From Balanoglossus misakiensis (taxonomy: Eukaryota > Animalia > Hemichordata), in contig CM082584.2 of assembly GCA_040954595.2 (NCBI GenBank), positions 4,902,110 to 4,966,109 on the forward strand: 64,000 bases of DNA, given 5' to 3'. Shown here in pieces: positions 25,941 to 38,959 of this stretch (its first letter is position 1; every line of letters begins with the position of its first letter). The position numbers and the translations under genes are program-made. Below the pieces are notes generated by a model that was given only the letters and a program-made list of their open reading frames with translations, ran no database searches and was not told where the DNA came from.

Positions 25941-26345
25941 GCAGGTCTGACAGAACAGGTCTGGTGCAGGTCTGACAGAACAGGTCCGGTGCAGGTCTGT
26001 TCTAACAGGTCTGGTGCAGGTCTGTTCTAACAGGTCTGGTGCAGGTCTGTCGGGACGTACAGGCCTGCTGCAGGTCTATTCTAACAGGTCTGCTGCAGGT
26101 CTGACGGGACAGACCTGGTGCAGGTCTGTTCTAACAGGCCTGCTGCAGGTCTGGCGGGACAGACCTGGTGCAGGTCTGTCAGAACAGACCTTGTGCAGGT
26201 CTGGCAGATCAGACCTGTGGCAGGTCTGACAGATCAGGTCTGGTGCATGGCAGGCATGTCAGACATGCAGCATACCTGACAGGGCAGGTATGCTGCATGC
26301 ATGTGACAGACCCGGTGCAGACAAATCCTGGTGCAGGTCTGTCAA
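25941..26345. repeat. 25-bp minisatellite built from caggtctg/cagacctg motifs
   Basis: Unit caggtctgacagaacaggtctggtg, roughly 16 degenerating copies. Confidence 0.9.
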
Positions 26346-27079
26346 TCTTTAGCTGTGTATATATCCACGATGACTTCCGGGGGACAAAGGAGGCGCGCGG
26401 TAACTGAGTGGCAACGCCATTTCCCGCGCAGTTACTTTGGCTTCACGGCAGCGGCGAAGTCTTTCGACAGGGTGCAGATGGCCGGGATATAGGCCAACAC
26501 CATCAAATTTTCTCTGTTAGGTGATTCAGGTATTGCAAAAGATACAGATGAACAAAGTAAATTCTGTCCGAGGGAGTTCACCAAAGAAGTTAACCAAGAT
26601 GAATGGCAGACTATCAAACCAAGAGCACAGTCACATGGGAAGGTAAAAGTAGAAAGTTGACAGGAAATTGGACAGAATTATTATACAAGAAAATGAAGCG
26701 TGTTATACCAGAATGCCTGGCCCTTAATAATAATACATGTATTTAAATATTGCAGATTAAAAAGGAGGGTAGTCGGAATCGGAAAGTTCTACACTGTACA
26801 ATCAGAAGGCATTCAAGATAACAATTGGTGAGCAGCCAGATGATGCAGATACCAACATAGTCTTAACAGTAAAATATGATGGTCAAATCAAACATATGAG
26901 GGAGAAATCTACAGTAAGACCAGTCCGTCAACCCACAAGTTCCAGTGTCGTCAGAGAATATTAAGGCTTCAACAAATAAAGGTTAATGACACAAATTACC
27001 ACTTAAGTAGGGAAACACATGTGAAAACGTATATCAAAAAAATAAAATATAGTGAAAAGAACAAACAAGGCAGACTATC

Positions 27080-27925
27080 AAGAGATTTCTTTCAAGATTT
27101 AATCGCAACAAAACGAAGGATGCTAATGGATGAGCCTGGTGAAAAAACCCAATGGTAATATTCAGGATATCTGTTATAGTTCTTATGCTGTCTGGCAGCC
27201 AATTAGACTGTTTAACAAGGATCTGTTATACAAGCACCACCCCATGTCAACAAGAGAGTGCTTTATCATGCACTTGTGATGAAAAACATGACAGATGGAA
27301 AGCCGCCAACACATCTTACTGAAATGGTAATAACATCTGAACTTTCAACTGCATCCATGTGCCACTTACTGATAGTGTTGAAGAAATCTGCCAGAAATAT
27401 CAATGGAACACCAGTACAGCCTAAACAGATTGAGACCGATTTAAGTTTGGCTATGGTGCAAGACATATTTTTATGCTTCAATTGGGAAGACATGGTAAGT
27501 TATCTCAAGAAATGCTTGAACGTGGTGAACCTCAAGAACTCCAAAACAGACATTGTGTTTTACAATCATCCATGTCTGTGCTGCACACTATATGCACATT
27601 ATCAGCAGACACATGATGAAAGTGGTGCCTGAAAAACACCTGAGAAGATTTACCATGTATGCAACAGCTATGATCCAAGCAAGCACTTCACTGAATGAAG
27701 CTATAACAGCATCATTGAAGCAGTCTCTGCCGTCAACACTGCAAACACCAAATTAGAAAACTACATAAAAGTCTGAGTTTTTTACAATCCATCTTTCGGA
27801 AGAAGCCTGTTGCAGATGTGCTTCTACCAGCAATGATGTGCTTGAAGGGACAGATTGAGACCAATTCCTATTTGGCTATGATGCAAGCCATATTATTATG
27901 CTTCAATCAGGAAGACATGGTGAGG
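27080..27925 (+). pseudogene. Decayed Mutator/FB-NOF-like DDE transposase fragment (copy 1)
   Basis: GNIQDI..GSVIQAPPHVNKRVLYHALV..PPTHLTEM..QIETDLSLAMVQ..CFN..YLKKC..IHVCAAH matches my recollection of NOF-type MULE transposases (DATGSV, ETDFSWA, CxxH). The first catalytic Asp region is deleted and there are frameshifts. Confidence 0.65.
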
Positions 27926-29547
27926 TAAACCAACAGCTCATACACGGGAAGATAAAAGTAGAAGGAGGGTAGTCAGAATCTGAAATCTCCTCACTGTACA
28001 ATCAGAAGGCATTCAAGATAACAATTGGTGAGCAGCCAGATGATGCAGATACCTACATAAGTCTCAACAGTAAAATATGATGGTCAAATCAAACATATGA
28101 TAGAGAAATCTACAGTAAGACCAGTCGTCAATCCATAAGATCCAGTGTTGTCAGAGAATAAGGCTTCAACAAATAAAGGTTAATGACACAATCAACTGCA
28201 GTACGGAAACAGTGCATATAATTAACCCTTACCAAAATCGGGTGCACCCGAAAGGCACCCGAAAGAACACACCCCGGGTGCACCTTAGGTGGCACCCGAA
28301 ACACACCCCTCAGAACACACCCGAAACCACCTTAAATTGGTCACTTTAGGTGTGTTTCGGGTGTACAAAACAGGTGCATTATAGGTGCACCCGAAAGGCA
28401 CCCGAAATAGAGCACACCCAAGGTGCACCTTAGGTGGCACCTAAAACACACCCGTATGATATGGTATGGATGCACCCGAAACGCACCCGAAACAACATAC
28501 TCCGGGTGCACTTTAGGTGGCACCTAAAACACACCTGAATGATATTATGGATGTATTATGCAGTTGCTGCAGTGGCTCATATACACACACACACACACAC
28601 AATGTGAAAAAAAACAGCCAATACAATTATTGTTCAATAAAACTAAAAGTCAATATATTGCTAATTGTAAACTTAATAAAGTTCTTTTGTACAGTACAGT
28701 AAAAATAAAATGAAGGATAAAATGATAGAGCTACATAGTACAGTTCGACTAGCTATGTACAAACACTTGTAATCTACACTAAGTTCGTGGAAATGTGGTC
28801 ACCGTGATCAGAATATAGTCAGTGGTTTCACAGCAATAATAAAGTTATCCGAGGCATGCTGCTTCACATTTCTGTCCGGGAACGATATTATGCAACGTAC
28901 ATGCAATGTCCACGCCATTTTGAATGAACCATTCTCGCGGATGCTCGTCCATGCATCATCGTCCTTAAATGGCGATCGAGATTTCTTGTAATGAGTACGG
29001 TCAAATCAACAGCTATCAATGGACACACCACAGGAGTAGGTGTTCGTTCAAAACGCGTTTGGTACTTACAATCGTCCGAGTCGTATCAAAACGCGATGTG
29101 TTTGACTGCGACTGTTTACTGACATCGAGAATGGCGGCCACATTGTTATGACCGTGTCGACCGATGCGCGCGATGAACGTACGTGACTGACCGCCCTTGT
29201 CATGATCTTACGTGTTTTGATATCCGCACGTCATCTCTGACGCCTAAAGTAGTCGGAACAACGAAACAATTTCACAAATTTTTCTAAAACTGCGTCGAAA
29301 TGGCTTTCCGACATTGACTTCCGTGTCTACGATGTGGACTTGCCAGTATGACTGTTCAATGACGTTTTTATGAATGGACCAATCCGGTTACGTATGTTAA
29401 TGACGTCCCGGGTCAAAAGTCAAGTATTGTACTTCGGCCAGTACAACTTGCAAGGGTTGTAGATTGTGGTGAAAATCTCGGAAAACTTTTATTAGGGGAC
29501 CAAGCGCCCTCAGGCGCTTGGTCCCCTTCTGTTATTGCTGGAGTTTT

Positions 29548-31632
29548 TAGGGCACAAGCCAAGCAGGCTTGTGCCCTATTGGTATTACTGGGGTTTTTTA
29601 GGGCACAAGCCAAGCAGGCTTGTGCCCTATTGGTATTACTGGGTTTTTTCTTCTTTTTTTTTTTCTTGTGTCGTTTTTTTGCCCAACAGGATCTTGAAAA
29701 CGGCTGAACCTACAAATCTCAAACTTGGCACAGTGGTGCAGGCCTATGAGAGCTGGTGCTGTACCCTCGTGAATGTTTAATAAGTCATGTGACCTGATGA
29801 CCATATATGGGCAAAGTTTTCAAATGGGCCTAATTTGCATATGAATGGAGATATCAAAATTCTTTTAGCGATTTTTGCAGACCATGTGGTCAGTGTCCTA
29901 CATGCCAAATGTCAAGGCCGTGGGCCAAGTCTATTTTGAGAAGAAGATTTTTTTATTTTTCATATTTTTGGACCCAGCCATAGGCCTATACTTTCTATAG
30001 TTAAGCTATCACGCTATGTCCACGTTGGCTGTGCAATGGTCCTGTACAGTGACTCTCTATTGGCCCGTGAGCAGAATGGGACCACAATAAAAGGCAAAAT
30101 TTTGGGCTCACCTGTAACACCTGCTTAACTCATTAAATATGTGCATACCTAATTCCAGGCTAACTAATAGGGCTAGAGGTTTTGTTCTTGTGGGACATGG
30201 CCAGTATGGGATCAAAAAATTTTGCCCAAATTTTGGGTGACCACATATGACCTTTGACCTTCGGCTTAAGCTTGGGCCCGTCATCGCTGCTTGCAGCTAT
30301 ATTCATCTTTTTTTTTTTTTTTTTTTTCTTGTGTAGTTTTTTTGCTCAGGTAGGTCTTGAAAACGGCTGAACCTACAAATCTCAAATTTGGCATAATGGT
30401 GCAGGTCTATGAGAGCTGGTGCAGTATCCCTGTGAATGTTTAATTAGTCATGTGACCTGATGACCATATATGGGCAAAGTTTTCAAATGGGCCTAATTTG
30501 CATATGAATGGAGATATCAAAATTCTTTTAGCGATTTTTGCAGACCATGTGGTCAGTGTCCTACATGCCAAATGTCAAGGCCGTGGTCCAAGTCTATTTT
30601 GAGAAGAAGATTTTTTTATTTTTCATATTTTTGAACCCAGCCATGGGCCTATACTTTCTATCGTTAAGCTATGACGCTATGTCCACGTCGGCTGTGCAAT
30701 GGTCCTGTACAGTGACTCTCTATTGGCCCGTGAGCAGAATGGGACCACAATAAAAGGCAAAATTTTGGGCTCACCTGTAACACCTGCTTAACTCATTAAT
30801 TATGTGCATACCTAATTCCAGGCTAACTAATAAGGCTAGAGGTTTTGTTCTTGTGGGACATGGATCAGTATGGCATCAAAAATTTTTGCCCAAATTTTGG
30901 GTGACCTCAGGTGACCTTTGACCTACTTTCCTATATCTCGGCATCCACAGCAGGTACTGACTTGGCGTTTGGAGGGTTGTGACTAAAATTGAAAAGACAA
31001 AATTAGGGGTCACCTGTGACACCTGCTTATCTCATTAATTATGTGCATACCTAATTCCAGGCTAGCCAATAGGGCTAGAGGTTTGATTTTTGTTGAACAT
31101 GGACCAGTATTGGGTTAAAATTTCTTGCCCAATTTTGGGTGACCTCAGGTGACCTTTGACCTACTTTACCATATCTCGGTAACCAGCGCAGATACAGCCT
31201 TGGCATTTGGAGGCATGGAACTGCTAATGAAGCCTTATACTTTACCCCATTAATTATGTGCATATCTAATTCTAGGCGAACCAATAGGGTTAGAGGCCTG
31301 ATTTTTGTTGGACCTGGACTGGTATGGGGTCAAAATTTTTTGCTAAACTTTCGGATGGCCTCAGGTGACCTTTGACCTACTTTCCTCGGCATCCAGAACA
31401 GGTACAGCATTTGTGTTTGGATAGATCGAACTATTGATAGAGTCTTACACTTTACATCATTAATTATGCGTATATCTAATTTCAGACAAACCAATAGGGC
31501 TAGAGGTCTGGTTTCTGTTGGACCTGGACTAGTATGGGGGTCAAAACTTTTTGCCCAGTTTTTGGGTGACCACATATGACCTTTGACCTTCGGCTTAAGC
31601 TTGTGCCCGTCATCGCTGCTTGCAGCTATATT
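29548..31632 (+). mobile_element. Helentron-type non-autonomous element, middle copy
   Basis: Head tagggcacaagcc-aagca-ggcttgtgcccta; tail gcttgtgcccgtcatcgctgcttgcagctatatt; body 30304-31632 with four internal units. Confidence 0.75.
29599..30303 (+). mobile_element. Helentron-type non-autonomous element, innermost copy
   Basis: Same head as the middle copy; tail gcttgggcccgtcatcgctgcttgcagctatatt; body highly similar to 30304-30925. Confidence 0.78.
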
Positions 31633-33797
31633 TCTTCTTTCTTCTTGAGTCGTTTTTTTGCGCCCGTTTTTCTCTGAAATTCCGGCAGCTGCGCCTACCA
31701 AATTTTGCACGGTGGTTGGGGCCCATGAGTACTAGTGCACCTGCCCTTTGAATTTGTAATTAGTCACGTGACTTTGTGTCTGTAATCGAGCGAAATTTTC
31801 AAATTGACCTAATGTGCACGTTAATGGGGGCATGTACATTCTTTTCGCGATTTTTGTAGACTATGTGGCCAAAATCCCCTGTGCCAAATTTCAAGGTCCT
31901 AGGCCACGTCGATTTTGAGAAGAAGATTTTTGTAATATTTTTCGCATTTTTTGGTGGGCTGAGGACGGACACTGGGGCATCGGACTTTGAACGTCATTAC
32001 GTAATGTTGTGGAGATCTCATTAGCAGGGTACACACTTCGTTGGAAAATCGGCTGAAATACGTAAACAGACCAGTGATTATTTTCCACGGAATGAATTTT
32101 GGGACAACACATTATCAGAGTTCAGTCTGTGTTAGGGCGTTTTATTGAAGTACGCTGAGTTTGTTAGCTGTTGCCGTTCAAATGTTTCTATCCAGACCCG
32201 GCTACACTCAGCTGGTTAGCATTGCGGCAGTGGACTTTGACCCTCAGTCGCTAATGGGCGAGTCAGGTTTCATTAGCATGGTAGTCACATGTAGTGGGTA
32301 TTAGTTCGGGAAATCGGCCGAATACGTAAGCAGACCAGTGATTTTCTTGCACGAAGGGAGTATGGTACCAGCAATAATCAGAGATCAGGCTTCGTTGCCG
32401 TTCAAAAGTTCCTACTTCAGTCAAGACATTGCAACTGGATGTTCAGTATGGGGGTCGGCTCGCAGGTGGCCGTGGGGGTTATCAGGTCGCCCGTAATGGC
32501 ACGTAGGTTCATGCAGCTGTATGGGACCAAAATAATACGCCCGTTTCGGGGGTCACCTGCGTAACTCAATTATGTACATGCGTAATTGTGGGGTCAATGA
32601 AAGGGATGCTAGCGTGATTTTTGTTGCACATGGATCAATATGAAGTCCGATTTTCCTGTCAAGTTGTGGGCGACCTTATGTGACATTTCACCTGCTTTTG
32701 CTTAGTGAATAAAAGCAGATGCATGCAGGTTTGGAGTGGGGGGATATACGGATAGGACCATAATGGTATACCAAAGGCGGGGTCACCTGTTGCACCTGCC
32801 AAAGTCATTGATTTTGTACATTTAATTTTACACTAACCAACGGGGCGATATGTGTGGTTTTTGTTCCACAGGGACGAATGTGTGTCAGTTGATTTTTGCC
32901 CAAACGTATAAGGTGATTTGGATGACCTCTGTCGTACAGTGCCACATCTCAGCACGTTGTACAGGTGCAGCTTTGGTATTTGGAGGGATGAAATTATCAT
33001 GAAATGCCAAATACAAGGGGATACCTGTGACACCTGCTTGATTCATGTATTACATGTATACCTAATGGTAGGCAAAGTGGAAGGGCTGCAGATGCATGAT
33101 TTGTTGCACATGACATAAACAGGAATGACAATTTATTGTCAAATTTTTGGGTGACGTCAGGTGTCCATTGACCTGCTTTCCATATGTTAGCATGCACATC
33201 ATATATAGCCAGGTGTTTGGAGGGGTAGGGTAGGACCCTCTGTGTCATGAAATGCTAAATTCCTGGGGCCACCTGTAACTTACTTGCGTAACTCATTATT
33301 ATGGCCATATCTAATTTGACAAACCCAAAGGGCGGGGATTTTCCGTTGTCTTGAATATGAACCAAAAGTCTAATTTTTGTCCCAATTTTGGGTACCTCAG
33401 CTGACCTTTGATGTACTTACTGAAGTACTTACAACGTAGAAGTTCACCTTTGGTTGTTGTGTTTGTACTTGTAGGACATGCATTTCGGGTGGTTGCCTAC
33501 TTCCCAATATCTCAACATCGAGAGCAAATACAGCCTACGCATTTGAATTGTACAACACTGAATGGAGTCTAATGGTTATTCACACTATGCTTGGGCCCCT
33601 TCAACGCTGCTTGCAGCTTTAATTAAAATCGTGATCTCCAAAATAAAGAGACAGAACTTGATTTTGTGGGATATTCCAGTACATATAAATAAAAAGAAAT
33701 GTGTTTTATTCCTTGGAGCTGTTAATTATTTAATAAAAATATATTCAGAAATTTTCCAACTTCAACAGATGATATAATTTTTCATCAACTAACTGAT

Positions 33798-34045
33798 GTG
33801 AAAAAGTTGCAAAGTCTAAAGTGGGTGTGTTTTGGGTGCCTTCCCGATGTGAAAAAGTTGCAAAGTCGAAAGCGGGTGTGTTTTGGGTGCCTTCCCTATG
33901 TGAAAAAGTTGCAAAGTCGAAAGCGGGTGTGTTTTGGGTGCCTTCCCTATGTGAAAAAGTTGCAAAGTCGAAAGCAGGTGTGTTTTGGGTGCCTTCCCTA
34001 TGTGAAAAAGTTGCAAAGTCTAAAGCGGGTGTGTTTTGGGTGCCT
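33798..34045. repeat. 51-bp tandem repeat, ~4.8 copies
   Basis: gtgaaaaagttgcaaagtcgaaagcgggtgtgttttgggtgccttccctat starting at 33798, 33849, 33900, 33951 and 34002. Confidence 0.95.
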
Positions 34046-34283
34046 TAACGGCCAGTGCTGATTTCAGGAGGTGTATTTCGGGTGCACCCGTAAGACACCT
34101 ATTCAGTTTATGTTGTAGGGGTGGATTTCGGGTGGGTTAGACCACCCACCCAAAACCCACCTCATCTTACAGTGGTGTGTTTTAGGTAGGTTACGGGTGG
34201 GTCTAAGTGCAATTGGTGTGTTTTGGGTGTATTTTAGGTGCACCCGAGGTGCACCCGAGCACTCGGAAATTTGGTAATTAGGG

Positions 34284-35180
34284 CACAGATGAGAAAACGT
34301 AAACAAAACAAAAAATCTGGAGAAAAGAACAAAGGCAGACTATCAAGAGATTTCTTTCAAGATGTATTCGCAACAAAACGAAGGATGCAAATGGATTAGC
34401 CTGGTGAAAACCCAATGGTTATATTCAGGATATCTGTTATAGTTCTATTTTGCTGTCTGGCAGCCATAGATTGTTTAACAAGGATCAGTTATACAAGCAC
34501 CACCCCATGTCAACAAGAGAGAGCTTTATCATGCTCCTGTGATGAAAAACATGACAGATGGAAAGCTGCCAATACATCTTACTGAAATGGTAATTAACAT
34601 CTGAACTTTCAACTTCATCCATGTGCCACTTACTGATAGTGTTGAAGAAATCTGCCAGAAATATCAATGGAACACCAGTACAGCTAAACAAATTTAGAGT
34701 GGAGACCGATTTAAGTTGGGCTATGGTGCAAGACATATTTTTATGCTTCAATCGGGAAGACATGATAAGTTATCTCAGGAAATGCTGAAATGTGGTGAAC
34801 CTCAAGCACTCCAAAACAGACATTGTGTTTTACATTCATCCATGTCTGTGCAGCACACTATATGCACATTATCAGCAGACACATGATGAAAGTGGTGCCT
34901 GAAAAACAGCTGAGAAGATTTGCCATGTATGCTACAGCTATGATCCAAGCAAGCACTTCACTGAATGAAGCTAACAGCATCATTGAAGCAGCTAGCCTCT
35001 GTTATCTACACTGCAAACACCAAACTACATAAAAAATATGAGTTTTCTATAATCCAACTTACGGAAGAAGCCTGTTGCAGATGTGCTTTCTACCAGCAAT
35101 GATGTGCTTGAAGAAACAGATTGAGACCGATTTCAATTGGGCTATGATGCGAGGCATAGAAGACATGGTAAGGTATCTTA
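34284..35180 (+). pseudogene. Decayed Mutator/NOF-like transposase fragment (copy 2, 3' part)
   Basis: Aligns by eye with 27017-27925 and includes IHVCAAH; its 5' part is ~27945-28211. Confidence 0.65.
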
Positions 35181-37041
35181 AGAAAAGCACCCTGTTTCTA
35201 CTAAAGATTTTTCAGTAAACACATGGGTCATGTAACCAACCGTTTTTCACCATTTCTGCTGTCCGGTTTTCGCCCTGAGTTACCAGGCAAGTGCCCCTCG
35301 AGTAAGAACGGCTTTTTTGCACCTATCAAGATGGCTGCATATACAGATGCTGTCCACATTTCTCCACAAATACGTGTATTTTGACCAATATTAGACTTCT
35401 GAAGACCTAAATTTCCCTATGTTATATACAATTTCAGTAAGACAGACAAAGTTAATATTTTAGTCGCCAAAAGTTAATACTTTAACACAAATCATTCTTT
35501 TTGCTGCCTGCATTCACTTAGTCAGAGTTAATTCTTCAACTCCTCGCATCATATTGCATCATCAGTACTAGCTCTGCGAGCGGTGTTTAAATCACGCATG
35601 CTCAGTGACGCTCACATGACCAACTTACAGCCAATCAGGGAAGGTCACCTTTCGCATTGCAGCTCAGTACTTTTTCAGGCGGCACTGCTCGTACACGCTG
35701 CTTTCACATTGTCATAGCAGTTTGCTTTCACCCTCCCTCCTATCCCTCTGCCTTGTAGTTGCTTGACTTTTTACAATGTCATCTTTCATGATGTGCTTGT
35801 ATTTTTTGCTTGTCTTTTGCATTTTGTATACATTTTGTATAGGGGCAGTAGATGTAGATTTATTGTTAGTGATGCTATTCTGTAGTTTCATAAAGCCTTC
35901 CTGACACCAGAATCTGATTTGAGTTTGTGTGGTTTAAATGATGAGTCAACACTGAGGCTGTTCCCATGTACTTGCACTCCCCCATAATAAAATCTACAGA
36001 AATATGTGTTTTACATGTCCCATTTATTAAGTGTTAATGACATTTCAACTAAGGGGTATTGACAGAACAGCTTTGCTATCCCACTGGTGTTGCTCTCCCT
36101 GACATTTCTCACAACAGATGTTAATTTCACTCTCTGCGAATTCAGCTTCCCAGAGGGTGATAATGTATTTGCCACTTTTTTTTAAGGTTTCCATGTTGAT
36201 TCACACTTTCATGTCGACAAGCTCACATCACACACATTAAGTATCACTTTGATACATGCCACCATTTCAAGTTTACATGTACATGTATATTGATGGACAC
36301 ACAAAATCCACTACCAGGGCTCTTTACACACATTCACACCTAACCCACTCAATTGAAAGTCTCTATTCCAATTCAACCTAGCCTGCATTCCAACTACCAC
36401 ATCCAAATGCATACACATACACAATACAGGTCAATTTTACATGAGTAGCGGTTCATGTACTTTATTGGATGCACTGAAAAATTGACCCCGCACCAAAACC
36501 CAGAGATAAAAACCCTTTTATCAGCATAAGGGAAAAAATTCTCTGGGAAAGCGTAGGTATACTTAGTTCACCAAGTTTGTAAATAATTGTATTGTAAATT
36601 AAAGCTTCTAGAAAACCTAACTTTCAAATGAACATGCTAATCTGCCCTACAAAAAAGTAGAATGAGAGTGTTTTCTTAAATTTGTAATTCTAAGCTAAAT
36701 TTTGTATTGAAAGTTTAAGGTGGTTTTGGGTGTGGTAAAACTGACAAATATTAAAAGCTGTTCTTTAAATAATATTTACAATTAAAGGACAACTAAATGT
36801 AACTATTGGTGCAGAACATTGTTATTATTGGAAAATGCATTCAATTCTGAACTTGAATACAAATTTTAACAATAACAATGCTGATTATGCACATGAGTAA
36901 ATTTAAATTACTGAAAAAGTCGTCAAATGTTACAAATAGTGGAACTTAATGTAGATGAGGATAAATCACATCCAAACTATGTTCCATAAACAAAAACTCC
37001 TATCAATGTCAACCAAATGCAAAATCAAAAATTTCATGTTT

Positions 37042-37690
37042 CAAGTGTGTAAAATCTAGAAAACTTTCTTAAAAATAATGTAAATACCACTATGTAAATA
37101 TTTATATTGTTCAGAAAGTGTAAATAATGTGTTGCCTTTAAGCCATTGCTGCATAGGCTTAATCCCCTTCAAATTTTGAGCAAATTCACTGTTAATATGA
37201 TTCCCTATAAACAAAATGTGCCTATATGGCTTCTGCAAACACATTATTTTTGTATTTATAAAAAAAAATTTCATCAAAAAGTCAAAGAACTGTAAACACT
37301 CACACAATAATGATAATTACTTGATAATATCAATCAAAAGAAAATTAAAACCCCATCTGATATAGCCACTGTATAGGAGTCTTCATAAAAGACCCCCAAA
37401 CATGGAGGAAAAGGGGCACAGAGATGAATGTTAAATAACTGAAAAACTGCAAGTGTATAAAATCTAGAAAATTATTTTTTTAAATAAAGTAAAAACCACT
37501 ATGTTAAGTTTTATATTGTTCAAAAAGTGCAAATAATGTGTTGCCTGTAAGCCATTGCTGCATGGGCTCAATCCCCTTCAAATTTTGATCTAATTCACTG
37601 TTAATATGCACCCCCTATAAACAAAATGTGCCTATATGGCTTCCGCAAACACATTATTTATGTACCTAAGAAGAAAAATATTCATCAAAC
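37042..37690. repeat. Diverged direct duplication of ~240 bp
   Basis: 37042-37280 ~ 37450-37690. Confidence 0.85.
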
Positions 37691-38290
37691 ACACACACAA
37701 AATGTTATGTAAAAAATACCTAACAATGCGAAGCAAACGCAAAATCATAAACAGATATACCGGTATATCAAACTGTTGAACACTACACACAATAATGAAC
37801 TGATCCCAGGAAACTATATTGGACTTGAAGGATCTATTGCAATTGTTTCACATCATCAAGTCAGGTAATTCAAATGCTATGTATATGGTATTATCAAATA
37901 TATTGCAAATTGAATCCTTCTCATCTGTTATAGCCATTGGAAAAATTTCATTTACGACATACCCCCAACAACCGAGGAAAAAGGACACAGACACTGAGAC
38001 AAATGTATGTATGTATGTATGAATGTTCACACATACAGACATACACAGATTAAAACACCTGCAAAAAAAACATGTATTAAATATTGAAAATATTAAAAAA
38101 CAAGCCCATGCATACACATACACACACACATTATTTATTTATAACGTGGGAAAGTACAGACATACTAAATCATAAATTACTTGAAGGATTGGACTGCAAT
38201 CTTGTGACTTCTTCTGCAAGGGTGGTGAAACCAGCTTCATCGGACAACGAAATACAACCCCAGGCACGCGAAGAGTCAGAGAGTACTCCG

Positions 38291-38720
38291 AGACACCCAA
38301 AGAACATGAAAATTCAAAATATGAATTCAGAAATTCAACCGTGGCAATCACAGATGCCAGAAGACAACCAAGGTGTGCTCCCAGACACCCAAAAGATTTG
38401 AAAATTCAAAATATGAATTCAGAAATTCAACCGTGGCAATCACAGATGCCAGAAGACAACCAGGGTGTGCTCCCAGACACACAAAAGATTCAAAAATTCA
38501 AAATATGAATTCAGAAATTCAACCGTGGCAATCACAGATGCCAGAAGTCAACCAGGGTGTGCTCCCAGACACCCAAAGAACATGAAAATTCAAAATATGA
38601 ATTCAGAAATTCAACCGTGGCAATCACAGATGCCAGAAGACAACCAGGGTGTGCTCCCAGACACAAAATATTTGAAAATTCAAAATATGAATTCTCAAAT
38701 GCAACCGTGGCCATCACATA
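38291..38720. repeat. 92-bp tandem repeat, ~4.5 copies
   Basis: The unit agacacccaaag..aaaattcaaaatatgaattcagaaattcaaccgtggcaatcacagatgccagaagacaaccagggtgtgctccc repeats head to tail. Confidence 0.95.
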
Positions 38721-38959
38721 TGCCAAGATGCAATCAATGAAATCCAAGATAATCAATACAACTATAAAACTCCCAGACACGTAACAAAAATACCAGACAC
38801 AAAAAATGGCTCTCCATGGAAAAAAAGGACACTGCTCTACACAATGAAAATGAATTACAACTCAAACAAACAAACAAACAAACAAACAAACAAACTATAT
38901 TATACATGGATACCTGTACACACAAACATACACACACCCTTGGGGGCACTACATTACAT

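Larger units (their letters stand above)
29492..33624 (+). mobile_element. Helentron-type non-autonomous element (HINE/DINE-1-like), outermost of three
   Basis: 5' hairpin aggggaccaagcgcc-tca-ggcgcttggtcccct; 3' subTIR gcttgggcccc plus stem-loop gctgcttgcagc; T-rich flanks, no TSD; internal ~200-240-bp tandem units. Confidence 0.75.
28227..34283. mobile_element. Composite non-autonomous TIR element with subterminal gggtgcaccc repeats (CACTA/EnSpm-like)
   Basis: The left end cccttaccaaaatcgggtgcacc mirrors the right end (reverse complement ccctaattaccaaattt..cgggtgcacc). Clusters of gggtgcaccc/cacccgaaa at 28240-28540 recur inverted at 34070-34260. The element interrupts copy 2 of the transposase relic. 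Confidence 0.6.

Noticed and set aside
33798-34061. 51-bp repeats as a CRISPR array or Cys-repeat protein
   Set aside because: Head-to-tail units with no unique spacers, no cas genes, eukaryotic context and no splice support.
38291-38784. 92-bp repeats as CRISPR or repeat-protein exon
   Set aside because: No spacers, and the unit length is not a multiple of 3 so frames shift between copies.
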